From NCBI GenBank assembly GCA_043228905.1, contig JBHGNT010000032.1, positions 62,001-126,000 of the forward strand: a stretch of 64,000 nt of DNA. The letters are read 5' to 3'. Shown here in pieces: positions 28,227 through 41,800 of the stretch. Under the pieces are notes generated by a model that was not told the DNA's origin, did no database searches, and was given only the letters and a program-made list of their open reading frames with translations. Source of the stretch: Azolla caroliniana (lineage: Eukaryota; Plantae; Polypodiophyta). The position numbers and the translations under genes were made by a program. Position 1 is the first letter of the stretch; each line of letters opens with the position of its first letter.

Positions 28227-31200
28227 ATTTTAATTTACTCAAGGGCTGTTCTCAACTCACTCCTCAAATTTGCTATTTTCGTCATGTCTCTCGACCTGAG
28301 TTTCAAAATCTTGATTTTTTAATTCCATATCATAGCTAGCGTTGTTAGCTTCGATTCGCATGTTTGAACACAAAAATCCGATATCACACGAGCCAGGTAT
28401 GAACATTTTAATTTACTCAAGGGCTGTTCTCAACTCACTCCTCAAATTTGCTATTTTCGTCATGTCTCTCGACCTGAGTTTCAAAATCTTGATTTTATAA
28501 TTCCATATCATAGCTCGCGTTGTTGGCTTCAATTCGCATGTTTGAACACAAAAATCCGATATCACACGAGCCAGGTATGAACATTTTAATTTACTCAAGG
28601 GCTGTTCTCAACTCACTCCTCAAATTTGCTATTTTCGTCATGTCTCTCGACCTGAGTTTCAAAATCTTGATATTTTAATTCCATATCATAGCTCGCGTTG
28701 TTGGCTTCGATTCGCATGTTTGAACACAAAAATCCGATATCACACGAGCCAGGTATGAACATTTTAATTTACTGAAGGGCTCCTCTCAACTCCCTCCTCA
28801 AGTTTGCTATTTTCGTCATGTATCTCGACCGGAGTTTGAAATTCTTGATTTTTTAATTGCATATCTTAGCTAGCGTTGTTAGCTTCGATTCGCATGTTTG
28901 AACACAAAAATCCGATATCACACGAGCCAGGTATGAACATTTTAATTTACTCAAGGGCTGTTCTCAACTCACTCTTCAAATTTGCTATTTTCGTCATGTC
29001 TCTCGACCTGAGTTTCAAAATCTTGATTTTATAATTCCATATCATTGCTCGTGTTGTTGGCTTCAATTCGCATGTTTGAACACAAAAATCCGATATCACA
29101 CGAGCCAGGTATGAACATTTTAATTTACTCAAGGGCTCCTCTCAACTCCCTCCTCAAGTTTGCTATTTTCGTCATGTCTCTCGACCTGAGTTTGAAATTC
29201 TTGATTTTTTAATTCCATATCATAGCTAGCGTCGTTAGCTTCGATTTGCATGTTTGAACACAAAAATCCGATATCACACGACCCAGGTATGAACATTTTA
29301 ATCTACTCAAGGGCTCCTCTCAACTCCCTCCTCAAGTTTGCTATTTTCTTCATGTCTCTCGACCTGAGTTTCAAAATCTTGATTCTTTAATTCCATATCA
29401 TAGCTAGCGTTTCAAGCTTCGATTTGCATGTTTGAACACAAAAATCCGATATCACACGAGCCAGGTATGAACACTTTAATTTACTCAAGGGCTCCTCTCA
29501 ACTCCCTCCTCAAGTTTGCTATTTTCGTCATGTCTCTTGACCTGAGTTTCAAAATCTTGATTTTTTAATTCCATATCATACCTCACGTAGTTGGCTTCGA
29601 TTCGCATGTTTGAACACAAAAATCCGATATCACACGAGCCAGGTATGAACATTTTAATTACTTAAGGGCTCCTCTCAACTCCCTCCTCAAGTTTGCTATT
29701 TTCGTCATGTCTCTCGACCTGAGTTTCAAAATCTTGATTTTTTAATTCCATATCATAGCTAGCGTTTCAAGCTTCGATTTGCATGTTTGAACACAAAAAT
29801 CCGATATCACACGACCCAGGTATGAACATTTTTATTTACTCAAGGGCTCCTCTCAACTCCCTCCTCAAGGTTGCTATTTTCGTCATGTCTCTCGACCTGA
29901 GCTTCAAAATCTTGATTTTATAATTCCATATCATAGCTCGCGTTGTTGGCTTCGATTCGCATGTTTGAACACAAAAATCCGATATCACACGAGCCAGGTA
30001 TGAACATTTTAATTTACTCAAGGGCTCCTCTCAACTCCCTCCTCAAGTTTGCTATTTTCGTCATGTCTCTCGACCTGAGTTTGAAATTCTTGATTTTTTA
30101 ATTCCATATCATACCTCACGTAGTTGGCTTCGATTCGCATGTTTGAACAGAAAAATCCGATATCACACGAGCCAGGTATGAACATTTTAATTACTTAAGG
30201 GCTCCTCTCAACTCCCTCCTCAAGTTTGCTATTTTCGTCATGTCTCTCGACCTGAGTTTCAAAATCTTGATTTTTTAATTCCATATCATACCTCACGTAG
30301 TTGGCTTCGATTCGCAGGTTTGAACACAAAAATCCGATATCACACGAGCCAGGTATGAACATTTTAATTTACTCAAGGGCTGTTCTCAACTCACTCCTCA
30401 AATTTGCTATTTTCGTCATGTCTCTCGACCTGAGTTTCAAAATCTTGATTTTTTAATTCCATATCATAGCTAGCGTTGTTAGCTTCGATTCGCATGTTTG
30501 AACACAAAAATCCGATATCACACGAGCCAGGTATGAACATTTTAATTTACTCAAGGGCTGTTCTCAACTCACTCCTCAAATTTGCTATTTTCGTCATGTC
30601 TCTCGACCTGAGTTTCAAAATCTTGATTTTATAATTCCATATCATAGCTCGCGTTGTTGGCTTCAATTCGCATGTTTGAACACAAAAATCCGATATCACA
30701 CGAGCCAGGTATGAACATTTTAATTTACTCAAGGGCTGTTCTCAACTCACTCCTCAAATTTGCTATTTTCGTCATGTCTCTGGACCTGAGTTTCAAAATC
30801 TTGATATTTTAATTCCATATCATAGCTCGCGTTGTTGGCTTCGATTCGCATGTTTGAACACAAAAATCCGATATCACACGAGCCAGGTATGAACATTTTA
30901 ATTTACTCAAGGGCTCCTCTCAACTCCCTCCTCAAGTTTGCTATTTTCGTCATGTATCTCGACCTGAGTTTGAAATTCTTGATTTTTTAATTGCATATCT
31001 TAGCTAGCGTTGTTAGCTTCGATTCGCATGTTTGAACACAAAAATCCGATATCACACGAGCCAGGTATGAACATTTTAATTTACTCAAGGGCTGTTCTCA
31101 ACTCACTCTTCAAATTTGCTATTTTCGTCATGTCTCTCGACCTGAGTTTCAAAATCTTGATTTTATAATTCCATATCATAGCTCGCGTTGTTGGCTTCAA

Positions 31201-32100
31201 TTCGCATGTTTGAACACAAAAATCCGATATCACACGAGCCAGGTATGAACATTTTAATTTACTCAAGGGCTCCTCTCAACTCCCTCCTCAAGTTTGCTAT
31301 TTTCGTCATGTCTCTCGACCTGAGTTTGAAATTCTTGATTTTTTAATTCCATATCATAGCTAGCGTCGTTAGCTTCGATTTGCATGTTTGAACACAAAAA
31401 TCCGATATCACACGACCCAGGTATGAACATTTTAATCTACTCAAGGGCTCCTCTCAACTCCCTCCTCAAGTTTGCTATTTTCTTCATGTCTCTCGACCTG
31501 AGTTTCAAAATCTTGATTCTTTAATTCCATATCATAGCTAGCGTTTCAAGCTTCGATTTGCATGTTTGAACACAAAAATCCGATATCACACGAGCCAGGT
31601 ATGAACACTTTAATTTACTCAAGGGCTCCTCTCAACTCCCTCCTCAAGTTTGCTATTTTCGTCATGTCTCTTGACCTGAGTTTCAAAATCTTGATTTTTT
31701 AATTCCATATCATACCTCACGTAGTTGGCTTCGATTCGCATGTTTGAACACAAAAATCCGATATCACACGAGCCAGGTATGAACATTTTAATTACTTAAG
31801 GGCTCCTCTCAACTCCCTCCTCAAGTTTGCTATTTTCGTCATGTCTCTCGACCTGAGTTTCAAAATCTTGATTTTTTAATTCCATATCATAGCTAGCGTT
31901 TCAAGCTTCGATTTGCATGTTTGAACACAAAAATCCGATATCACACGACCCAGGTATGAACATTTTAATTTACTCAAGGGCTCCTCTCAACTCCCTCCTC
32001 AAGTTTGCTATTTTCGTCATGTCTCTCGACCTGAGCTTCAAAATCTTGATTTTATAATTCCATATCATAGCTCGCGTTGTTAGCTTCGATTTGCATGTTT
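28227..32100 (+). repeat. 12-monomer-period (2134 bp) duplication, more diverged
   Basis: ORF pairs 28413/30547, 28947/31081 and 29836/31970 are all +2134. The rare 'gatatttt' variant is shared (monomers 28583/30717). Several SNPs are private to one copy. Confidence 0.8.
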
Positions 32101-33561
32101 GAACACAAAAATCCGATATCACACGAGCCAGGTATGAACATTTTAATTTACTCAAGGGCTCCTCTCAACTCCCTCCTCAAGTTTGCTATTTTCGTCATGT
32201 CTCTCGACCTGAGTTTCAAAATCTTGATTTTTTAATTCCATATCATACCTCACGTAGTTGGCTTCGATTCGCATGTTTGAACACAAAAATCCGATATCAC
32301 ACGAGCCAGGTATGAACATTTTAATTACTCAAGGGCTCCTCTCAACTCCCTCCTCAAGTTTGCTATTTTCGTCATGTCTCTCGACCTGAGTTTCAAAATC
32401 TTGATTTTTTAATTCCATATCATACCTCACGTAGTTGGCTTCGATTTGCATGTTTGAACACAAAAATCCGATATCACACGAGCCAGGTATGAACATTTTA
32501 ATTTACTCAAGGGCTCCTCTCAACTCCCTCCTCAAATTTGCTATTTTCGTCATGTCTCTCGACCTGAGTTTCAAAATCTTGATTTTTTAATTCCATATCA
32601 TAGCTAGCGTTTCAAGCTTCGATTTGCATGTTTGAACACAAAAATCCGATATCACACGAGCCAGGTATGAACATTTTAATTTACTCAAGGGCTCCTCTCA
32701 ACTCCCTCCGCAAGTTTGCTATTTTCGTCATGTCTCTCGACCTGAGCTTCAAAATCTTGATTTTTTAATTCCATATCATAGCTCGCGTTGTTGGCTTCGA
32801 TTTGCATGTTTGAACACAAAAATCCGATATCACACGAGCCAGGTATGAACATTTTAATTTACTCAAGGGCTCCTCTCTACTCCCTCCTCAAGTTTGCTAT
32901 TTTCGTCATGTCTCTCGACCTGAGTATCAAAATCTTGATTTTTTAATTCCATATCATACCTCACGTAGTTGGCTTCGATTCGAATGTTTGAACACAAAAA
33001 TCCGATATCACACGAGCCAGGTATGAACATTTTAATTACTTAAGGGCTCCTCTCAACTCCCTCCTCAAGTTTGCTATTTTCGTCATGTCTCTCGACCTGA
33101 GTTTCAAAATCTTGATTTTATAATTCCATATCATAGCTCGCGTTGTTGGCTTCAATTCGCATGTTTGAACACAAAAATCCGATATCACACGAGCCAGGTA
33201 TGAACATTTTAATTTACTCAAGGGCTCCTCTCAACTCCCTCCTCAAGTTTGCTATTTTCGTCATGTCTCTCGACCTGAGTTTGAAATTCTTGATTTTTTA
33301 ATTCCATATCATACCTCACGTAGTTGGCTTCGATTTGCATGTTTGAACACAAAAGTCCGATATCACACGACCCAGGTATGAACATTTTAATCTACTCAAG
33401 GGCTCCTCTCAACTCCCTCCTCAAGTTTGCTATTTTCATCATGTCTCTCGACCTGAGTTTCAAAATCTTGATTCTTTAATTCCATATCATAGCTCGCGTT
33501 GTTGGCTTCGATTTGCATGTTTGAACACAAAAATCCGATATCACACGAGCCAGGTATGAAC

Positions 33562-36500
33562 ATTTTAATTTACTCAAGGGCTCCTCTCAACTCCCTCCTC
33601 AAGTTTGCTATTTTCGTCATGTCTCTCGACCTGAGTTTCAAAATCTTGATTTTTTAATTCCATATCATACCTCACGTAGTTGGCTTCGATTTGCATGTTT
33701 GAACACAAAAATCCGATATCACACGACCCAGGTATGAACATTTTAATCTACTCAAGGGCTCCTCTCAACTCCCTCCTCAAGTTTGCTATTTTCATCATGT
33801 CTCTCGACCTGAGTTTCAAAATCTTGATTCTTTAATTCCATATCATAGCTCGCGTTGTTGGCTTCGATTTGCATGTTTGAACACAAAAATCCGATATCAC
33901 ACGAGCCAGGTATGAACATTTTAATTTACTCAAGGGCTGTTCTCAACTCACTCCTCAAGTTTGCTATTTTCGTCATGTCTCTCGACCTGAGCTTCAAAAT
34001 CTTGATTTTTTAATTCCATATCATAGCTCGCGTTGTTGGCTTCGATTTGCATGTTTGAACACAAATATCCGATATCACACGAGCCAGGTATGAACATTTT
34101 AATTTACTCAAGGGCTCCTCTCAACTCCCTCCTCAAGTTTGCTATTTTCGTCATGTCTCTCGACCTGAGTTTCAAAATCTTGATTTTATAAGTCCATATC
34201 ATAGCTCGCGTTGTTGGCTTCAATTCGCATGTTTGAACACAAAAATCCGATATCACACGAGCCAGGTATGAACATTTTAATTTACTCAAGGGCTCCTCTC
34301 AACTCCCTCCTCAAGTTTGCTATTTTCGTCATGTCTCTCGACCTGAGTTTCAAAATCTTGATTTTTTAATTCCATATCATACCTCACGTAGTTGGCTTCG
34401 ATTTGCATGTTTGAACACAAAAATCCGATATCACACGACCCAGGTATGAACATTTTAATCTACTCAAGGGCTCCTCTCAACTCCCTCCTCAAGTTTGCTA
34501 TTTTCATCATGTCTCTCGACCTGAGTTTCAAAATCTTGATTCTTTAATTCCATATCATAGCTCGCGTTGTTGGCTTCGATTTGCATGTTTGAACACAAAA
34601 ATCCGATATCACACGAGCCAGGTATGAACATTTTAATTTACTCAAGGGCTGTTCTCAACTCACTCCTCAAGTTTGCTATTTTCGTCATGTCTCTCGACCT
34701 GAGCTTCAAAATCTTGATTTTTTAATTCCATATCATAGCTCGCGTTGTTGGCTTCGATTTGCATGTTTGAACACAATTATCCGATATCACACGAGCCAGG
34801 TATGAACATTTTAATTTACTCAAGGGCTCCTCTCAACTCCCTCCTCAAGTTTGCTATTTTCGTCATGTCTCTCGACCTGAGTTTCAAAATCTTGATTCTT
34901 TAATTCCATATCATAGCTCGCGTTGTTGGCTTCGATTTGCATGTTTGAACACAAAAATCCGATATCACACGAGCCAGGTATGAACATTTTAATTTACTCA
35001 AGGGCTCCTCTCAACTCCCTCCTCAAGTTTGCTATTTTCGTCATGTCTCTCGACCTGAGTTTCAAAATCTTGATTTTTTAATTCCATATCATACCTCACG
35101 TAGTTGGCTTCGATTCGCATGTTTGAACACAAAAAGCCGATATCACACGAGCCAGGTATGAACATTTTAATTACTTAAGGGCTCCTCTCAACTCCCTCCT
35201 CAAGTTTGCTATTTTCGTCATGTCTCTCGACCTGAGTTTCAAAATCTTGATTTTTTAATTCCATATCATACCTCACGTAGTTGGCTTCGATTCGCATGTT
35301 TGAACACAAAAATCCGATATCACACGAGCCAGGTATGAACATTTTAATTTACTCAAGGGCTGTTCTCAACTCACTCCTCAAATTTGCTATTTTCGTCATG
35401 TCTCTTGACCTGAGTTTCAAAATCTTGATTTTTTAATTCCATATCATAGCTAGCGTTGTTAGCTTCGATTTGCATGTTTGAACACAAAAATCCGATATCA
35501 CACGAGCCAGGTATGAACATTTTAATTTACTCAAGGGCTGTTCTCAACTCACTCCTCAAATTTGCTATTTTCGTCATGTCTCTCGACCTGAGTTTCAAAA
35601 TCTTGATTTTATAATTCCATATCATAGCTCGCGTTGTTGGCTTCAATTCGCATGTTTGAACACAAAAATCCGATATCACACGAGCCAGGTATGAACATTT
35701 TAATTTACTCAAGGGCTCCTCTCAACTCCCTCCTCAAGTTTGCTATTTTCGTCATGTCTCTCGACCTGAGTTTCAAAATCTTGATTTTTTAATTCCATAT
35801 CATACCTCACGTAGTTGGCTTCGATTTGCATGTTTGAACACAAAAATCCGATATCACACGACCCAGGTATGAACATTTTAATCTACTCAAGGGCTCCTCT
35901 CAACTCCCTCCTCAAGTTTGCTATTTTCATCATGTCTCTCGACCTGAGTTTCAAAATCTTGATTCTTTAATTCCATATCATAGCTCGCGTTGTTGGCTTC
36001 GATTTGCATGTTTGAACACAAAAATCCGATATCACACGAGCCAGGTATGAACATTTTAATTTACTCAAGGGCTGTTCTCAACTCACTCCTCAAGTTTGCT
36101 ATTTTCGTCATGTCTCTCGACCTGAGCTTCAAAATCTTGATTTTTTAATTCCATATCATAGCTCGCGTTGTTGGCTTCGATTTGCATGTTTGAACACAAA
36201 TATCCGATATCACACGAGCCAGGTATGAACATTTTAATTTACTCAAGGGCTCCTCTCAACTCCCTCCTCAAGTTTGCTATTTTCGTCATGTCTCTCGACC
36301 TGAGTTTCAAAATCTTGATTTTATAAGTCCATATCATAGCTCGCGTTGTTGGCTTCAATTCGCATGTTTGAACACAAAAATCCGATATCACACGAGCCAG
36401 GTATGAACATTTTAATTTACTCAAGGGCTCCTCTCAACTCCCTCCTCAAGTTTGCTATTTTCGTCATGTCTCTCGACCTGAGTTTCAAAATCTTGATTTT

Positions 36501-37831
36501 TTAATTCCATATCATACCTCACGTAGTTGGCTTCGATTTGCATGTTTGAACACAAAAATCCGATATCACACGACCCAGGTATGAACATTTTAATCTACTC
36601 AAGGGCTCCTCTCAACTCCCTCCTCAAGTTTGCTATTTTCATCATGTCTCTCGACCTGAGTTTCAAAATCTTGATTCTTTAATTCCATATCATAGCTCGC
36701 GTTGTTGGCTTCGATTTGCATGTTTGAACACAAAAATCCGATATCACACGAGCCAGGTATGAACATTTTAATTTACTCAAGGGCTGTTCTCAACTCACTC
36801 CTCAAGTTTGCTATTTTCGTCATGTCTCTCGACCTGAGCTTCAAAATCTTGATTTTTTAATTCCATATCATAGCTCGCGTTGTTGGCTTCGATTTGCATG
36901 TTTGAACACAATTATCCGATATCACACGAGCCAGGTATGAACATTTTAATTTACTCAAGGGCTCCTCTCAACTCCCTCCTCAAGTTTGCTATTTTCGTCA
37001 TGTCTCTCGACCTGAGTTTCAAAATCTTGATTCTTTAATTCCATATCATAGCTCGCGTTGTTGGCTTCGATTTGCATGTTTGAACACAAAAATCCGATAT
37101 CACACGAGCCAGGTATGAACATTTTAATTTACTCAAGGGCTCCTCTCAACTCCCTCCTCAAGTTTGCTATTTTCGTCATGTCTCTCGACCTGAGTTTCAA
37201 AATCTTGATTTTTTAATTCCATATCATACCTCACGTAGTTGGCTTCGATTCGCATGTTTGAACACAAAAAGCCGATATCACACGAGCCAGGTATGAACAT
37301 TTTAATTACTTAAGGGCTCCTCTCAACTCCCTCCTCAAGTTTGCTATTTTCGTCATGTCTCTCGACCTGAGTTTCAAAATCTTGATTTTTTAATTCCATA
37401 TCATACCTCACGTAGTTGGCTTCGATTCGCATGTTTGAACACAAAAATCCGATATCACACGAGCCAGGTATGAACATTTTAATTTACTCAAGGGCTGTTC
37501 TCAACTCACTCCTCAAATTTGCTATTTTCGTCATGTCTCTTGACCTGAGTTTCAAAATCTTGATTTTTTAATTCCATATCATAGCTAGCGTTGTTAGCTT
37601 CGATTTGCATGTTTGAACACAAAAATCCGATATCACACGAGCCAGGTATGAACATTTTAATTTACTCAAGGGCTGTTCTCAACTCACTCCTCAAATTTGC
37701 TATTTTCGTCATGTCTCTCGACCTGAGTTTCAAAATCTTGATTTTATAATTCCATATCATAGCTCGCGTTGTTGGCTTCAATTCGCATGTTTGAACACAA
37801 AAATCCGATATCACACGAGCCAGGTATGAAC
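33562..37831 (+). repeat. 12-monomer (2135 bp) tandem duplication with a nested 4-mer repeat
   Basis: ORF pairs 34104/36239 and 35527/37662 are +2135. Private markers 'ttttataagtcc', 'acaaatatcc' and 'acaattatcc' each occur once per copy. Confidence 0.9.
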
Positions 37832-38720
37832 ATTTTAATTTACTCAAGGGTTGTTCTCAACTCACTCCTCAAGTTTGCTATTTTCGTCATGTCTCTCGAC
37901 CTGAGCTTCAAAATCTTGATTTTTTAATTCCATATCATAGCTCGCGTTGTTGGCTTCGATTTGCATGTTTGAACACAAAAATCCGATATCACACGAACCA
38001 GGTATGAACATTTTAATTTACTCAAGGGCTCCTCTCAACTCCCTCCTCAAGTTTGCTATTTTCGTCATGTCTCTCGACCTGAGTTTCAAAATCTTGATTT
38101 TTTAATTCCATATCATACCTCACGTAGTTGGCTTCGATTCGAATGTTTGAACACAAAAATCCGATATCACACGAGCCAGGTATGAACATTTTAATTACTT
38201 AAGGGCTCCTCTCAACTCCCTCCTCAAGTTTGCTATTTTCGTCATGTCTCTCGACCTGAGTTTCAAAATCTTGATTTTATAATTCCATATCATAGCTCGC
38301 GTTGTTGGCTTCGATTCGCATGTTTGAACACAAAAATCCGATATCACACGAGCCAGGTATGAACATTTTAATTTACTCAAGGGCTCCTCTCAACTCCCTC
38401 CTCAAGTTTGCTATTTTCGTCATGTCTCTCGACCTGAGTTTGAAATTCTTGATTTTTTAATTCCATATCATACCTCACGTAGTTGGCTTCGATTTGCATG
38501 TTTGAACACAAAAATCCGATATCACACGACCCAGGTATGAACATTTTAATCTACTCAAGGGCTCCTCTCAACTCCCTCCTCAAGTTTGCTATTTTCTTCA
38601 TGTCTCTCGACCTGAGTTTCAAAATCTTGATTTTTTAATTCCATATCATAGCTAGCGTTTCAAGCTTCGATTTGCATGTTTGAACACAAAAATCCGATAT
38701 CACACGAGCCAGGTATGAAC

Positions 38721-38844
38721 ATTTTAATTTACTCAAGGGCTCCTCTCAACTCCCTCCTCAAGTTTGCTATTTTCGTCATGTCTCTCGACCTGAGTTTGAA
38801 ATTCTTGATTTTTTAATTCCATATCATAGCTGCCAGGTATGAAC
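38721..38844 (+). repeat. Truncated 124-bp monomer (second 54-bp deletion, different breakpoint)
   Basis: Junction 'atatcatagct|gccaggtat' at 38831/38832. Monomer starts are 38721 and 38845. Confidence 0.95.
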
Positions 38845-41800
38845 ATTTTAATTACTTAAGGGCTCCTCTCAACTCCCTCCTCAAGTTTGCTATTTTCGTC
38901 ATGTCTCTCGACCTGAGTTTCAAAATCTTGATTTTATAATTCCATATCATACCTCACGTAGTTGGCTTCGATTCGCATGTTTGAACACAAAAATCCGATA
39001 TCACACGAGCCAGGTATGAACATTTTAATTTACTCAAGGGCTGTTCTCAACTCACTCCTCAAATTTGCTATTTTCGTCATGTCTCTCGACCTGAGCTTCA
39101 AAATCTTGATTTTATAATTCCATATCATAGCTCGCGTTGTTGGCTTCGATTCGCATGTTTGAACACAAAAATCCGATATCACACGAGCTAGGTATGAACA
39201 TTTTAATTTACTCAAGGGCTCCTCTCAACTCCCTCCTCAAGTTTGCTATTTTCGTCATGTCTCTCGACCTGAGTTTCAAATTCTTGATTTTTTAATTCCA
39301 TATCATAGCTAGCGTCGTTAGCTTCGATTTGCATGTTTGAACACAAAAATCCGATATCACACGACCCAGGTATGAACATTTTAATCTACTCAAGGGCTCC
39401 TCTCAACTCCCTTCTCAAGTTTGCTATTTTCTTCATGTCTCTCGACCTGAGTTTCAAAATCTTGATTCTTTAATTCCATATCATAGCTAGCGTTTCAAGC
39501 TTCGATTTGCATGTTTGAACACAAAAATCCGATATCACACGAGCCAGGTATGAACACTTTAATTTACTCAAGGGCTCCTCTCAACTCCCTCCTCAAGTTT
39601 GCTATTTTCGTCATGTCTCTTGACCTGAGTTTCAAAATCTTGATTTTTTAATTCCATATCATACCTCACGTAGTTGGCTTCGATTCGCATGTTTGAAGAC
39701 AAAAATCCGATATCACACGAGCCAGGTATGAACATTTTAATTACTTAAGGGCTCCTCTCAACTCCCTCCTCAAGTTTGCTATTTTCGTCATGTCTCTCGA
39801 CCTGAGTTTCAAAATCTTGATTTTTTAATTCCATATCATAGCTAGTGTTTCAAGCTTCGATTTGCATGTTTGAACACAAAAATCCGATATCACACGACCC
39901 AGGTATGAACATTTTAATCTACTCAAGGGCTCCTCTCAACTCCCTCCTCAAGTTTGCTATTTTCATCATGTCTCTCGACCTGAGTTTCAAAATCTTGATT
40001 TTTTAATTCCATATCATAGCTAGCGTTTCAAGCTTCGATTTGCATGTTTGAACACAAAAATCCGATATCACACGAGCTAGGTATGAACATTTTAATTTAC
40101 TCAAGGGCTCCTCTCAACTCCCTCCTCAAGTTTGCTATTTTCGTCATGTCTCTCGACCTGAGCTTCAAAATCTTGATTTTCTAATTCCATATCATAGCTA
40201 GCGTTGTTAGCTTCGATTCGCATGTTTGAACACAAAAATCCGATATCACACGAGCCAGGTATGAACATTTTAATTACTTAAGGGCTCCTCTCAACTCCCT
40301 CCTCAAGTTTGCTATTTTCGTCATGTCTCTCGACCTGAGTTTGAAATTCTTGATTTTTTAATTCCATATCATAGCTAGCGTCGTTAGCTTCGATTTGCAT
40401 GTTTGAACACAAAAATCCGATATCACACGACCCAGGTATGAACATTTTAATCTACTCAAGGGCTCCTCTCAACTCCCTCCTCAAGTTTGCTATTTTCTTC
40501 ATGTCTCTCGACCTGAGTTTCAAAATCTTGATTCTTTTATTCCATATCATAGCTAGCGTTTCAAGCTTCGATTTGCATGTTTGAACACAAAAATCCGATA
40601 TCACACGAGCCAGGTATGAACACTTTAATTTACTCAAGGGCTCCTCTCAACTCCCTCCTCAAGTTTGCTATTTTCGTCATGTCTCTCGACCTGAGTTTCA
40701 AAATCTTGATTTTTTAATTCCATATCATAGCTAGCGTTTCAAGCTTCGATTTGCATGTTTGAACACAAAAATCCGATATCACACGAGCCAGGTATGAACA
40801 TTTTTATTTACTCAAGGGCTCCTCTCAACTCCCTCCTCAAGTTTGCTATTTTCGTCATGTCTCTCGACCTGAGCTTCAAAATCTTGATTTTATAATTCCA
40901 TATCATAGCTCGCGTTGTTGGCTTCGATTCGCATGTTTGAACACAAAAATCCGATATCACACGAGCCAGGTATGAACATTTTAATTTACTCAAGGGCTCC
41001 TCTCAACTCCCTCCTCAAGTTTGCTATTTTCGTCATGTCTCTCGACCTGAGTTTGAAATTCTTGATTTTTTAATTCCATATCATAGCTAGCGTCGTTAGC
41101 TTCGATTTGCATGTTTGAACACAAAAATCCGATATCACACGACCCAGGTATGAACATTTTAATCTACTCAAGGGCTCCTCTCAACTCCCTCCTCAAGTTT
41201 GCTATTTTCATCATGTCTCTGGACCTGAGTTTCAAAATCTTGATTCTTTAATTCCATATCATAGCTCGCGTTGTTGGCTTCGATTTGCATGTTTGAACAC
41301 AAAAATCCGATATCACACGAGCCAGGTATGAACATTTTAATTTACTCAAGGGCTCCTCTCAACTCCCTCCTCAAGTTTGCTATTTTCGTCATGTCTCTCG
41401 ACCTGAGTTTCAAAATCTTGATTTTTTAATTCCATATCATACCTCACGTAGTTGGCTTCGATTTGCATGTTTGAACACAAAAAGCCGATATCACACGAGC
41501 CAGGTATGAATATTTTAATTACTTAAGGGCTCCTCTCAACTCCCTCCTCAAGTTTGCTATTTTCGTTATGTCTCTCGACCTGAGTTTCAAAATCTTGATT
41601 TTTTAATTCCATATCATACCTGACGTAGTTGGCTTCGATTCGCATGTTTGAACACAAAAATCCGATATCACACGAGCCAGGTATGAACATTTTTATTTAC
41701 TCAAGGGCTGTTCTCAACTCACTCCTCAAATTTGCTATTTTCGTCATGTCTCTCGACCTGAGTTTCAAAATCTTGATTTTTTAATTCCATATCATAGCTC

